This document shows, piece after piece, positions 50,401-61,094 of a stretch of DNA of 64,000 nt. The stretch is from contig NC_057751.1 in assembly GCF_004010195.1 (NCBI RefSeq), forward strand, positions 5,870,502 through 5,934,501. Direction: 5' to 3'. Position 1 is the stretch's first letter. Each line of letters begins with the position of its first letter. Source of the stretch: Chiloscyllium plagiosum. Its lineage: Eukaryota. The notes below the pieces were generated by a model, which had not been told where the DNA came from, did not search any database, and saw only the letters and a list, made by a program, of their open reading frames with translations. Both the position numbers and the translations under genes were made by a program.

Positions 50401-51507
50401 ATTGTTCCCCATCTCTGCTAATCACCCCCTCCTTTCCTGAAGACAACTTCTATAAATTTAGAACTTTTACAAATGAAGCATTTTGATGGACTACAAATTG
50501 GAGAAATCCTGCCAAGCGGGAAGACTGAGATTTGAGGCATTTGGCAAATGACTGGAGGAGATTGTTCTTTCAGACAGTTATTCTGATTGCAATACATTTT
50601 TTAAAAGTTGGGGGTGGGGTGGGGGGGGGGGGGGTGGTGATGGAAGCAATATGAGTCATAACTTACAAAAGAACGTGGAATAAATACTTCAAGTCAGGGA
50701 AAATCAATGAGGAGTGGAACAAACTGGATAATATTATTTTTCAGCGTCGTTACATGGACGATGTGCCAGATGGGTACCTCCTATCATCCATTGTCAGTGA
50801 TTCTACAATTTAGAAATGGATAAATGTTTGATCTATCAGCAGACTCATCTGCATTAAAGATAGAGGAGGTTATTTTGATGATAAGGTGCAAGCAAGCACT
50901 AAAATGGTACTGTGTTAATAAGACATACCTGTTTAAAAGTGCCAAAGTAGCCAGGAAACATCTTGTCTGTGTCTTTGAATAGATCTTCCTGAACTTCTTG
51001 TTGCCAGTTTTTAATCAGGGGAATAGAGGCTCACTGTGCATGAGCTAATGTTAGAAATAAGACCTGGCGATGGGCTGATAAGAAGTCCTTGTCTCAAACC
51101 TGTCTTCAGCGACAATCTGGTTTCAGATAATGCCTTTTGTGCAATGATCTGTTGCCAATGTTAGTTCAGTTTTCAACACATTTGAATGGTATTATTTGTA
51201 TGTATTAAACATCAGCAGCTTGTTGCACCCAAGTCAAACAGACCAAGTTTTCCAGTGACTAAAATAAACAAAATCTGGCTTCCAGGATTTTCATGGCCTG
51301 CAACTTTTGAGATCATATTCTATCCTTCTATTGACAAGGTAAAACTATGGCCTTACAACTGGTTCTTTGGGAGTCCTGAGTCATCCAACCTGAACAAATC
51401 TTCTCGTCTTATGAGGCCGCCATTCACAGATTGGTTATATTGTTATCACTGTTATCACTGCGATGACCTGAAGCCTTTGGTGGTTGGAGTGCAGTGTTTA
51501 TAACAGT

Positions 51508-51733
51508 CATGATTTGGAGGTGCTGGTGTTGGACTGGGGTGTACAAAATTAAAAATCACACAACACTAGGTTATAGTCCAACAGGTTTATTTGGAAGCAC
51601 TGGCTTTTGGAGCGCTGCTCCTTCATCAGGTGATTGTGGAGTACAACCACCTGATGAAGGAGCAGCGCTCCGAAAGCTAGTGCTTCCAAATAAACCTGTT
51701 GGACTATAACCTAGTGCTGTGTGATCTTTAACT
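51508..51733. mobile_element. Hairpin PLE insert (family B)
   Basis: About 90-bp inverted arms (about 51547-51637 and 51643-51733), loop ggagt; imperfect TSD tgtttataacag / tgtttttacag. Confidence 0.92.
51648..51682 (+). ncRNA. Minimal hammerhead ribozyme motif, fully intact (family B)
   Basis: cac-CTGATGA(51651)-a-ggagc-agc-gctcc-GAAA(51672)-g-CTA-gtg. Confidence 0.75.
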
Positions 51734-53620
51734 GTTTTTACAGGAGTCTCTTCAAAATACTTTTTGTTTCATTGAGAATTCTGCTTCACGTTACCTGACA
51801 GGGCAAGAGGCATCAGTGTGATGCACATCGCCATCAACTGGACATATGAACACATTACACCTGAGAAACCAGAAAAAGGTTGCACAGATTTTGTCTTTCG
51901 TTTCACAAACTAAAATTCCAGTCATAAAGATAACCATTTTTCTTGTGGATTTAGAAGTGCTCTCACTGTTACACTGAAATAACTTTGAAGTCTGTGTGCA
52001 CAGTACAGTGAAAAGGTAAAGGAGCTGCACCAGAGTACTTGTTAAATGGAGTTTCTTTTTCATAGTGCCAGTCTCTTGAAACTGTGTTTAGCAGGAATTC
52101 ATTGATGAGATTCTGCTGATTAAAAAAAGTTCAAAAAACAGTTGTGTGCACATAGTACAGGGAGGATATGAAATACTCTACTTCAAAAAAATCAAAAATG
52201 CAGAATTTGTTGGGATATATTTGTTGGGAAGAGGGAAATTTGAACTGAACAGATTGATGGTTGATCTTTGAAATCTCTGGTGTCCTCCAATTCTTGCTTC
52301 CTGTTTTGCTGATTTCAATGACTACACCAGTGTCAACCATGCCTTTTGCTGCCAAGTGGCGTGCCGATTGATCAGAAATCAAAATAATTTGGGCATTTGA
52401 ATTTTCAGATTCAAGTATGTTTTTATAAAAGAGGTCTGTTGCAACGAAAAAAATGACTATGGATATAAATTCACTGACTGTACAGCAGAGTCCTGTGTGC
52501 ATCCATGAAATATCACACTTCTACAGTGTTAGAGAAAGCTCCAACATAAAGATCAAAAAGGAAGAGATCATGAGAGATTAACCTCCCTCCCCCAAACCCC
52601 CTCACAGCAGGAAGTCATCTCCTGCAGACAAGTTTGCATTTTACCTCTCAGGGATATACATAACATGGGGTTATAAACCAAATGCTGCCCTTTGTGTGTG
52701 TTAGTGGCCTGGCATATTAGTGTATGGACTTGGGTTCTATGCAGGTGAAAGCATGAGAACAGACATGAAACATTCCTGCATTGCAGGTTAAAAGAAAGAG
52801 AAAAGGCACTCTCTCCTTTTCAGTGCTGCCAGTCCAGTCAGCTGCAGTCAATAGGAATAAGAACAAAAGAATTTCAGACAAGCCATAAAGACAGGAATGT
52901 TAAAACTGACTGCCCATTGCCAATGTTACCGGTAATGTCCTATGTAATGGCACAATGTTCTACTGTTTACTGTTGCTACTCAGAAACTGATCTACACATC
53001 CTTTTAAAAACTCTTGTTGAACTTGTTTTATTCCTAAATGTGTTGCATTATTATTGCTGTGGAAGAATCACTCAATTGTCTTTAAAAATTACCAGGGGAT
53101 GCAGAAAATTCCTCACGAAGTTAAACTTTAATTTGCAAAGTAAAACTGTGACAATCAGCCAATGGCTTCCCAATTGTCCACCAGTCCTTTGTCTCATTGC
53201 AGTTTATACAGTGTTGTTCCTGCACCTTTTGGATAATATTAGCATAACCAATCATATTGGCTTGCTTTGTCTTTCTCAACAAATCAACGTCCGCCACACT
53301 GGTTCCCTACATTACACTTAACCTATCACAGTTCACTACCATTATCTGTTACTGGAGCCCTGTAATGTGATCCTGGGCATGCATTACAACACTAAGTTAA
53401 CTACATAACCGCCAGAGTCACTTCCAAATGATTTCTTCCCACACTCTTTTGTTAATTGTAGAAAGCCTGGTCAAATTGGCTACTTTTAGAAGATAAATTC
53501 ACCTGATGTGGGAGTGAGGTGTCCAGAAAGAAAAGGATCCATTTTTAAATTACCAGACTTATGACCAACCGGGTGTGTGGGTGAATAAAGAAGCAGAGCC
53601 AGTTCAATCCAACTAACCTG

Positions 53621-54193
53621 TGTTGTGCACCAGGCCAGACCACCTGAAAATATTTTAAGAACGTAGACTAGACCCTAACTTTTTCTTATTTTAAAGGCAG
53701 ATGTGAAGTGAATATTCCAGGTGTGATGCAATGGGACAGACCATTCATCTTTAAGCAAAACAGAATTTATTTAAACACTGCAGTTGAAGCACAAACAAAA
53801 GAAAGCAGAATTTGGAATAACTCAACTATTGGAAAACTTAACCAACCTGATACAGCAAATTAACAAATTAACTGTTCCAATACAGTAACACCCCATGAAC
53901 ACACCCCTTGGCAAAAATAGGTAAATTCAAACACAGATTCTTACAGGCAGAAGGGAACAACTTCCAGAGAGAGATTTCAGAGAATGACAGAGGAATTTAC
54001 TGTTACTTTTCTGGAATCACACATTTTGTGACGACAACAGCTAAAACAAACTATAAGAAAAAACCTGAACTGGGAGAACTGGCCACTCCCCTTCCATTGT
54101 TAAACTAGACTCTTTGGCACCCCTGCCTTTACCATCTCTCTTCAAAAAAACTTAGAACAAAATAGCCCATTTTAAAGTAACTGTATCGTCACA
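53621..54193 (-). mobile_element. Solo LTR with 4-bp TSD
   Basis: TG...CA ends; cctg at 53617-53620 and 54194-54197; minus-strand aataaa; homologous to 58564-59148. Confidence 0.88.
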
Positions 54194-54209
54194 CCTGTAA
54201 GCTTAACAA

Positions 54210-54490
54210 TTTGCCGTATCTTGCCTGGAACCATCAGAAGTTGGGGAACTTTCGGCAAGGATATGGTTGTACCACAAGGCCCTAGCCTTTGGAATTCTCC
54301 ATGACACTAATGAAAACATCTTTGCTCCTGACCCTCTAAAATGCTCCTTAAAACTGACCTCTTCGAAGGACTTCAGGTCATCCATCTTTATATCTCCTCA
54401 GGTGGCTGATTATCAAAGTTTGTTTGATAATTGTGTTGTGATGTGCCTTGAGCAACATTTTGCTTTGTTAAAGATTCTATATAATTGAAA
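54210..54490 (+). mobile_element. L2 LINE 3' remnant
   Basis: ggccctagcctttggaattctc...tgctccttaaaactgacctcttcga...gtgatgtgccttgag. Confidence 0.5.
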
Positions 54491-55169
54491 GCATCTGTCA
54501 AAACAGGGGTATAACACAGCAATCCAAAAGCCTCGGCTGGCAGAAAGGCCTGCATCTATTTCTACATCAGATGAAGGTTTTCCATATAAATGGCATCATT
54601 CTGCATTAACTGGGATGAATGTCCATATTTTCTGGTGTGCGTGATCTGTGGCTACACATGGCAAAATGCCAGGTTAATTGTCATGGGTTATAATTTCCGA
54701 GTCTCCACAATGAACATCCTCAAGTCAGATAAAGCTTGTACTGATTCTAAATCTGAATTGCTTGATCAATACAAGAGTGAGACTAAACATTGTGTGATTT
54801 ATTGTTGCCTGAATCTTGAAATTTGATTGATTTTCTGTTGCAATTGCTTCCTCCTGTCTGTTTCTCTCAACTAGAACAGAGCAGCATTTCCATGATTGCA
54901 TTCTCACTGTGAATCCGGGGCAGGTATAATTAGCTTAAAGAAGATGAAAGTTCTCTGGGGAGAATTTTCCGTTCCAAGTATTCTGTTGATTTCTCTCTGT
55001 ACTGTACCTACCACTGGTATCATGAACTTATCGGCATTCTGCTGCTGCTGAGGGTTTACTGATCACCTGCTGGGCCTGTCGGTTATGAGCATCCTGCTGG
55101 TGTTTGGCAGTCTGACTTGCTCCCTGCTTAACAAATAACTTGACTTGTATCTGACAAGTTCCTTCAACT

Positions 55170-55405
55170 CAATTTCTTGTCTATCTGCAGGGTGTTCGTT
55201 CCACCATTGGTGACCACGCTTTCGCCGATCAAAGCCTACAATTCCCTTCCTTCATCACTTTACCTCTGTATTTCTATTTTTGGTACGCCTTAAAAACTAT
55301 GTCTTTGACAAATCTTTTATCTTAGCCCCATCTCCTTCTTTGGTTTGGTGTTATTTTTGCTCAATAGCATTACTGTAAATGCTTTGGAACATTTTATATC
55401 ATAAA
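55170..55405 (+). mobile_element. L2 LINE 3' remnant
   Basis: gttccaccattggtgaccacgctttc...ccttaaaaactatgtctttgac...ctgtaaatgctttggaacatttt. Confidence 0.5.
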
Positions 55406-55460
55406 GAAGCCTGATTAAGTTTCTCATGGAAATAATCACCAAATAAATCAAAACTGATAG

Positions 55461-55633
55461 TACTGTGGATGCTGTAAATCAGAAACAAAAACAGAAACTG
55501 CTGGAAAAGCCCAGCAGATCTGGCAGCGTCCTTGGAGAGAAATTGGAGTTAATAATTCGGGTCAAGAGTTTCTGAGGAAGGGTCACTACACCCGAAACGG
55601 TAACTCTGTTTCTCTCCACAGATACTGCCAGAC
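55461..55633. mobile_element. Inverted-pair PLE insert (family D) with hammerhead-like core at 55572-55601
   Basis: tctggcagcgtccttggagagaaa / tttctctccacagatactgccaga inverted; CTGAGGA-a-gggt-cactac-accc-GAAA-cgg (cleavage triplet mutated). Confidence 0.75.
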
Positions 55634-55944
55634 CGAAGGGAAGCTGGCATGTTGATTTTCTCTGGATGCTTTTAAAAGCAGGACTGTGAGTAGGTGGGGT
55701 TGGATTTTGATTTCAGTCTGTCCACTTATCATATGGGAAACATACGATCAACGCAGTCTTTGCAGGTGAGCATGTATAACCGATCCAACTGATTGTATGT
55801 GCAGGAAGTCTTGAAATGGGCATCCAGCCCAAAATGAGCAATAGGCCCTAAAAGCCTGCAGATGGGGCCGTCTGTTCACTGCAGTATAAAATTAAGGAAA
55901 GCATGATTCCTGTAATGCTGTTCCTTAATAACTTTAACGGAGAT

Positions 55945-56188
55945 GTGCAAGACAAATTTGTTATGCAGAGTATAGTAGGTGCCTGCAATGTGCTGCCTGG
56001 GGTGGTGGTAGAAACAGATATAATCACAAAGTTTGAAAGGCATTTGGACAGACACATGGACCTGCAAGAAATAGAGGGATATGGACCATGTGCAAGTAGA
56101 TGGGATTAGTTGCGAATGGCATCATAGTCGTCATAGACATGAAGCTCGAAAGGCCTGTTCTTGTGCTGTAATGTTCTGGATTCTATGT
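55945..56188 (+). mobile_element. CR1 3' end
   Basis: VGACNVLPGVVVETD..KFERHLDRHM..IEGYGP plus tail aggcctgttcttgtgctgtaatgttct. Confidence 0.8.
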
Positions 56189-56625
56189 TTAAAACTACAG
56201 AATGCTGCTGAGGAAATTGAATTATTGGGATTTCTTCTGTGAGCCACCCTACCCTTGATCCAACACCTAGAAGAGACCTACTTGCCCACTTGCTCTTGCT
56301 CACAAAAGTCTGATGGTCTCCAGCCTTTCCAAGTCTGCCACCTCCAGATTATAATGTGGAGGTTCCAGTGTTGGACTGAGGTGGACAATATCATAAGTCA
56401 CACAACACTGGGTTATAGTCCAACAGGTTTATTTGAAACTGTAAGTTTTCAGACCCCTGCTCCTTCCTCAAACAGCTAGTGAGAGAAAATGCATTGGACA
56501 CAGAAAAATTTACAAGTAAAAGATTAATGGGTCATACAACTTATGCGAATGTATTGAACAAACCTAGGTGGCTATTATGTCTTTAATCAGTTAGAATGGA
56601 GGTGCAGGTTTCAATTGATTAATAT

Positions 56626-57915
56626 GATGGCATTGCTGCAATGGACTCAGTGCTCAATACCAACAACTCCGGGCACCATCCTGCAACTCACCAGCTTCAT
56701 TCTCGACCACATAGTCTTTACCTTCGACAGCCAGTTCTGTAACCAGACACATGGAACAGCCATGGGGACCAAATTTGCACTCCAATATGCCAACACTTTC
56801 ATGCACAGGTTTGAACAAGACTTCTTTGCTGTGCAGGACCTCTGACCCATGCTTTACACCAGATACGTTGATGACACTTTCTTCCTCTGGACCCATGGCG
56901 AGAAGTCACTGAAACAACTACATGGTGATATCAACACGTTCATCATCAGACTACCATGGACTACTCTTTAGAATCAGTCTCATTCTTGGACACTTGCATT
57001 TCCATCAAGGTGGACACCTCGGTACCTCACTTCACCGCAAGCTCCTGGATAACCTCACGATGCTGTACTTCTCGAACTTCCACCCTAAACATAATAAAAT
57101 AGCCATCCCTGACGGACAAGCCCTATGCACGCACAGGATCTGTTTGGATGAGAAAGAATGCAACAAATACCTGAAGGTGTTGAGAGATGCCATCATAAGG
57201 ATGGGATATGATGCTTAACTCATTGATCGCCAGTTCCAACTGCCACAGTGAAAAACATAATGACCTCCTCAGGAGACAGACATGGGATCCAACTGAAAGG
57301 ATACCCTTCGTCATCCAGAATTTCCCAGGAGCAGAGGGACAACGCCATATTCTTTGCAGCCTGCACACATTATCAATGATGATGAGCATCTCGCCAAGAT
57401 CTTCCCTATGCCTCCACTTCTTGCTTTCAAACAACTCCCAAACCTTAAACAGACTGTTGTTTGCAGCAAACTACCCAGCCTTCAGGACAACATGGACAAC
57501 ACCATACAACCCTGTCATGGCAACCACTGCAAGACATGTCAAAGCATAGACATGGATACTATAGTTACACTTGGGGACACCACTCACCACGTACAGGGTA
57601 GGTACTCATGTGACTCAACCAACATTGTCTATCTCATACACTGCAGGCAAGGGTATCCCAAGGCATGGTACATTGGCGAGACCAAGCAGCGCTACTACAA
57701 TGGATGAATGAACACCATGCAGGGATGCTCCCCCCCAGTGAAGGAACACTTTAGTGGTCAAGGACATTCAGCCTCGGATCTTCGGGTGAATGTCCTCCAA
57801 GGTGGACTTCTGCTTATGCAACAACGCAGAATTGCTGAACAGAGGCTGATAGCTTTGTTTGGTACCCATGGAGACGGCCTCAACCCGGATCTTGGGTTCA
57901 TGTTACTCTACAGGT
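56626..57915 (+). pseudogene. PLE reverse transcriptase C-terminal half plus GIY-YIG endonuclease, disrupted
   Basis: QTHGTAMGTKFA.QYAN.FM; YTRYVDDTFFLW; linker PCHGNHCKTC; NIVYLIHCRQG..WYIGETKQ; EHFSGQGHS..RRIAEQRLIALFGTH. Confidence 0.92.
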
Positions 57916-58149
57916 GACCCCACTACTTTATACACTTTCATACACACACTCAAACACATGGACACATATGTACGCTCTGTCTCACCAACACACACACACT
58001 CACACAGACCCTGTCTCATTTACATAGACTGGCACTTGCATTCTCGCACAGGCATATACTCCCTCATACTCACGCACATTCTCTCTCAAGCAAGCACACT
58101 CAGACACATACTCACACGCATGCTGTCACACACATATACTCCCTCACAG

Positions 58150-58150
<1 letters not shown>

Positions 58151-58190
<40 letters not shown>
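58151..58190. repeat. (CT)9(CA)11 compound microsatellite in the PLE 3' region
   Basis: Directly visible. Confidence 0.95.
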
Positions 58191-58563
58191 TAAATCTATG
58201 GTGTAAATTTGCATCTGCAGATACATTCTATCTTGTTCAAAAAGCAGACGATCTGTAGACAGTCAGCCAATGTGGCATTTTATAAATTCTACTTTGGAAA
58301 TAAAACCAGTCTGACTCCAAGCTGAGATGCAAACAGACTTGAAACATGGCCTCACACCTAAAATGCATTGTCTGACCTGAGGTGTCACCTTTATTCTGAT
58401 AAAACCTGAAGTTATCTTGGGGACAGTGACTTAAAAGAAATTCTGTGATTTACATATTAATCAAAACCTGCACCTCCATTCTAACTGGTTCAAGACTGAA
58501 TAGCTGTCTAGGTTTGTTCATTACATTCGTATAAGTTGTATGACCCTTTGATCTTTTACTTGT

Positions 58564-59148
58564 TGTGATGATACTGCTCCTTGAACAAGGTTATGCTGTC
58601 CTTGGTTTTTTTGTCAGAGATGTCGAAAAGCAGCGATACTGAAAAGCCTGGGTTTAACTACTTGAAAATGCTTTCAAGTTTTTAAAACACACACTTGTGC
58701 AATGAAAGGGGAGTGGCCAGTTCTTCCAGCTCAGCTTGATTCTGGTTTGGGTTGGTTTGGTTTTAGCAAGCAGTTAGTTGTGAAGGTGCTGAGCCCAAAG
58801 AAGCAGGTCCATGCTGATCCTCCCTCTCTCTCTGACATCCCTCCTGCCAGACCCTGTGTTTGATTTTATCTTTTTTGCCAATTAGTGTTTTTTGGGGATT
58901 GTTGCAAGTATTCAGAACAGCATCATTAAATTAGGATAATTTGATGGGTTTTCGGATAGATTAAGTTATTCTATATTCTGTTCTCTTTTGGTTTTGTGTT
59001 GCATTGGGTAACCTTGCAAATAAATTCAGTTTTGTTTAAAACTAAGTGGTTGGACCAGTTGCATCACTTCTGGAATATTCACTTTATACCTGCTTAAAAC
59101 AATTAGCAAAGTTTGTTGAAATGTTTTGAGGGGGTCTGGTCCATTACA
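58564..59148 (+). mobile_element. Solo LTR nested in the PLE terminal repeat
   Basis: tgtgatg...ccattaca; aataaa near the 3' end; PLE sequence resumes at 59149. Confidence 0.85.
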
Positions 59149-60094
59149 TTAAAAATTCTGTGTCTGATGTATTTTCTCACATGCTGCCTGACGGAGGAGT
59201 AGGGGTTCCAAGTGCTTGTGGTTTCAATTAAACCTGTTGGACTATAACTGGTGTTGCGTGATTTTTGACCTCCAGATTAAGATGAACAGGTTTACATTCA
59301 CAATGATCAGAATTCAGTTTAGTGTTTAATTTGATGACTTCCATTTGTTCTGAAACATTCACATCAGAGTCACACATGAAATTGGTTGGTGCCCCAGTCC
59401 CAGCACCTCTCTGGCCTGAAGCAGACACTCTGGTGCACTGTTTTCTTTATCCCGGTGTTTTCTTTTGTGTGGGGGAGGTGGTGGGTGACAGAATATTCAC
59501 AATGCTTTCCTCCCTGGCTTGTCCAAACTAGAAATCCTTGAATAAAATTATAACATGCCATTTCAAACTTCAATGAAGTTGTTGGAAAATTGTCATGAGC
59601 ACAATGGGGGATTTGCTTCTCAAGCCATAAAGCAGGACTTGTTGGCCATAGAAGATGCATTTATAATGCTGCAAAAGAGTTTGATTTTCAGCCTGTCAAT
59701 CCTCCAGTATGGCTGATGGTAGGCACTCTGAGTGAAAGACTGTCCTAGTCAGCCCTGCTGACTCTTTTTCTTCTCATTTGTTTTTCTGAATTTGGGCAAC
59801 ATGGATGAGGTAGCATTTCTGAACAATCTCATCATGACTCCCTTCGTATTTGGTTTTTCACACATGTTCATGGTCATTTATCTTTCTGGACCCATTGAAT
59901 TCAGTGAAACAATTTGGAATTTGAGTTTATGACCTCTGTGTTACTCGTCCAGTGCTGGAATCCTGACTTTGACTGCTGTCTTTTGTATCCTTTTTCCAGA
60001 TGGCCTAATGGATGAATTAATTTAAAAAGGGATTTGTGTATACTGCATGTTGATGCCACAAAGCATACTGTAATTGAATGGTAGAATGCAGCAG

Positions 60095-60701
60095 TGTGAC
60101 GATGCTGCTCCTTTAACAAAGTTAGGTTGTCCTTGTTTTTTTCAGAGGATTGGTAAATTCCGAAGTGTCTGATTTGTAGGGTTTTAGGGCCAAATTGACT
60201 ATAACCAACAGATACTTCCTCAGACAAAAGGCTTTCAAGTTTAAAAAAACACTTGTACAATGAAATGGGAGTGGCCTGTTCTCTCAGCTCAACTTTTCTC
60301 TGGTTTGGTTTGGTTTGGTTTTTAGCAATCTGACTGTTCAGAGCTACTGGTCAGTTTTTTGAGGCTGCTGACTCTCTCTCTCTCTGACATTTCTCTCCTT
60401 GAAGAACCTGTGTTTGATTTTTATTTGCCAAGGGGGTGTTTATGGGGATGTTGCAAGTATTTGGAACAGAATCATTAAGTTGTGATAAAGTCAGTTGGGT
60501 TTTTAAATAGTTATGTTATTTTAAATTTGGTTTTCTTATGTTCATGTATAAATAAATTTTGTTTTGTTTTAAACTGAGTGGTTGGGCCAGCTGCATCACT
60601 CCTGGAATATCCACTACAAACCTGCTTAAAACAACTGGAAAAGTTGGGGTCTGGGCAACCTTCTAAAAATGTTTTGTGAGGGCCTGGCCTGGTCCATATC
60701 A
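60095..60701 (+). mobile_element. Solo LTR, same family as 58564-59148
   Basis: tgtgacgatgctgctcc...ggtccatatca; colinear similarity along its whole length. Confidence 0.85.
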
Positions 60702-61094
60702 ATAGTGCCTCCCTTAGCTTGCAATGTAAATGGTCTACCTCAACCATGTCATGGTCAGGCAATGCTGCACAATCAGGCAAGTAAAGATCTGTTGGTCCAT
60801 CAGCCCACACCCAGATGGATGGAACACCATATGTGAGTACTTAGTCTTGGTTGATTTCTGCTGAAGCCATGCTGATAATTGCAAAAGTTCTGACTGTACC
60901 TTGATCGGAACCAGTAAAACCTTTGCAAGCCAGGGAGTGGTCTCAGACTTTACTCATTTCATAGCTCAGTAGCATGCAGAGCAGAGCAGTCGATCACTCA
61001 GCCTTCCTACCTCACCAAAATGAATATTCTTACTGGTATTATTTCAGAGAAATGAGATCAGAAGGTGTTGGAAAGCTCAGCAAATCTGACAGCA

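Larger units (their letters stand above)
56353..59271 (+). mobile_element. 5'-truncated Penelope-like retroelement (family B, probably Neptune-type) with inverted 5' terminal repeat
   Basis: Minus-strand terminal repeat 56353-56625; RT/EN pseudogene; (CT)/(CA) tract; plus-strand terminal repeat 58190-59271 split by an LTR. Confidence 0.9.

Noticed and set aside
50610..50637. G-run with G-quadruplex potential
   Set aside because: A homopolymer expansion within decayed CR1-like sequence; no evidence of function and prone to assembly error.
58564..60701. Two direct LTRs as one provirus or TRIM
   Set aside because: The interval begins with the resumed Penelope terminal repeat and has no PBS, PPT or gag/pol, so these are independent solo LTRs.
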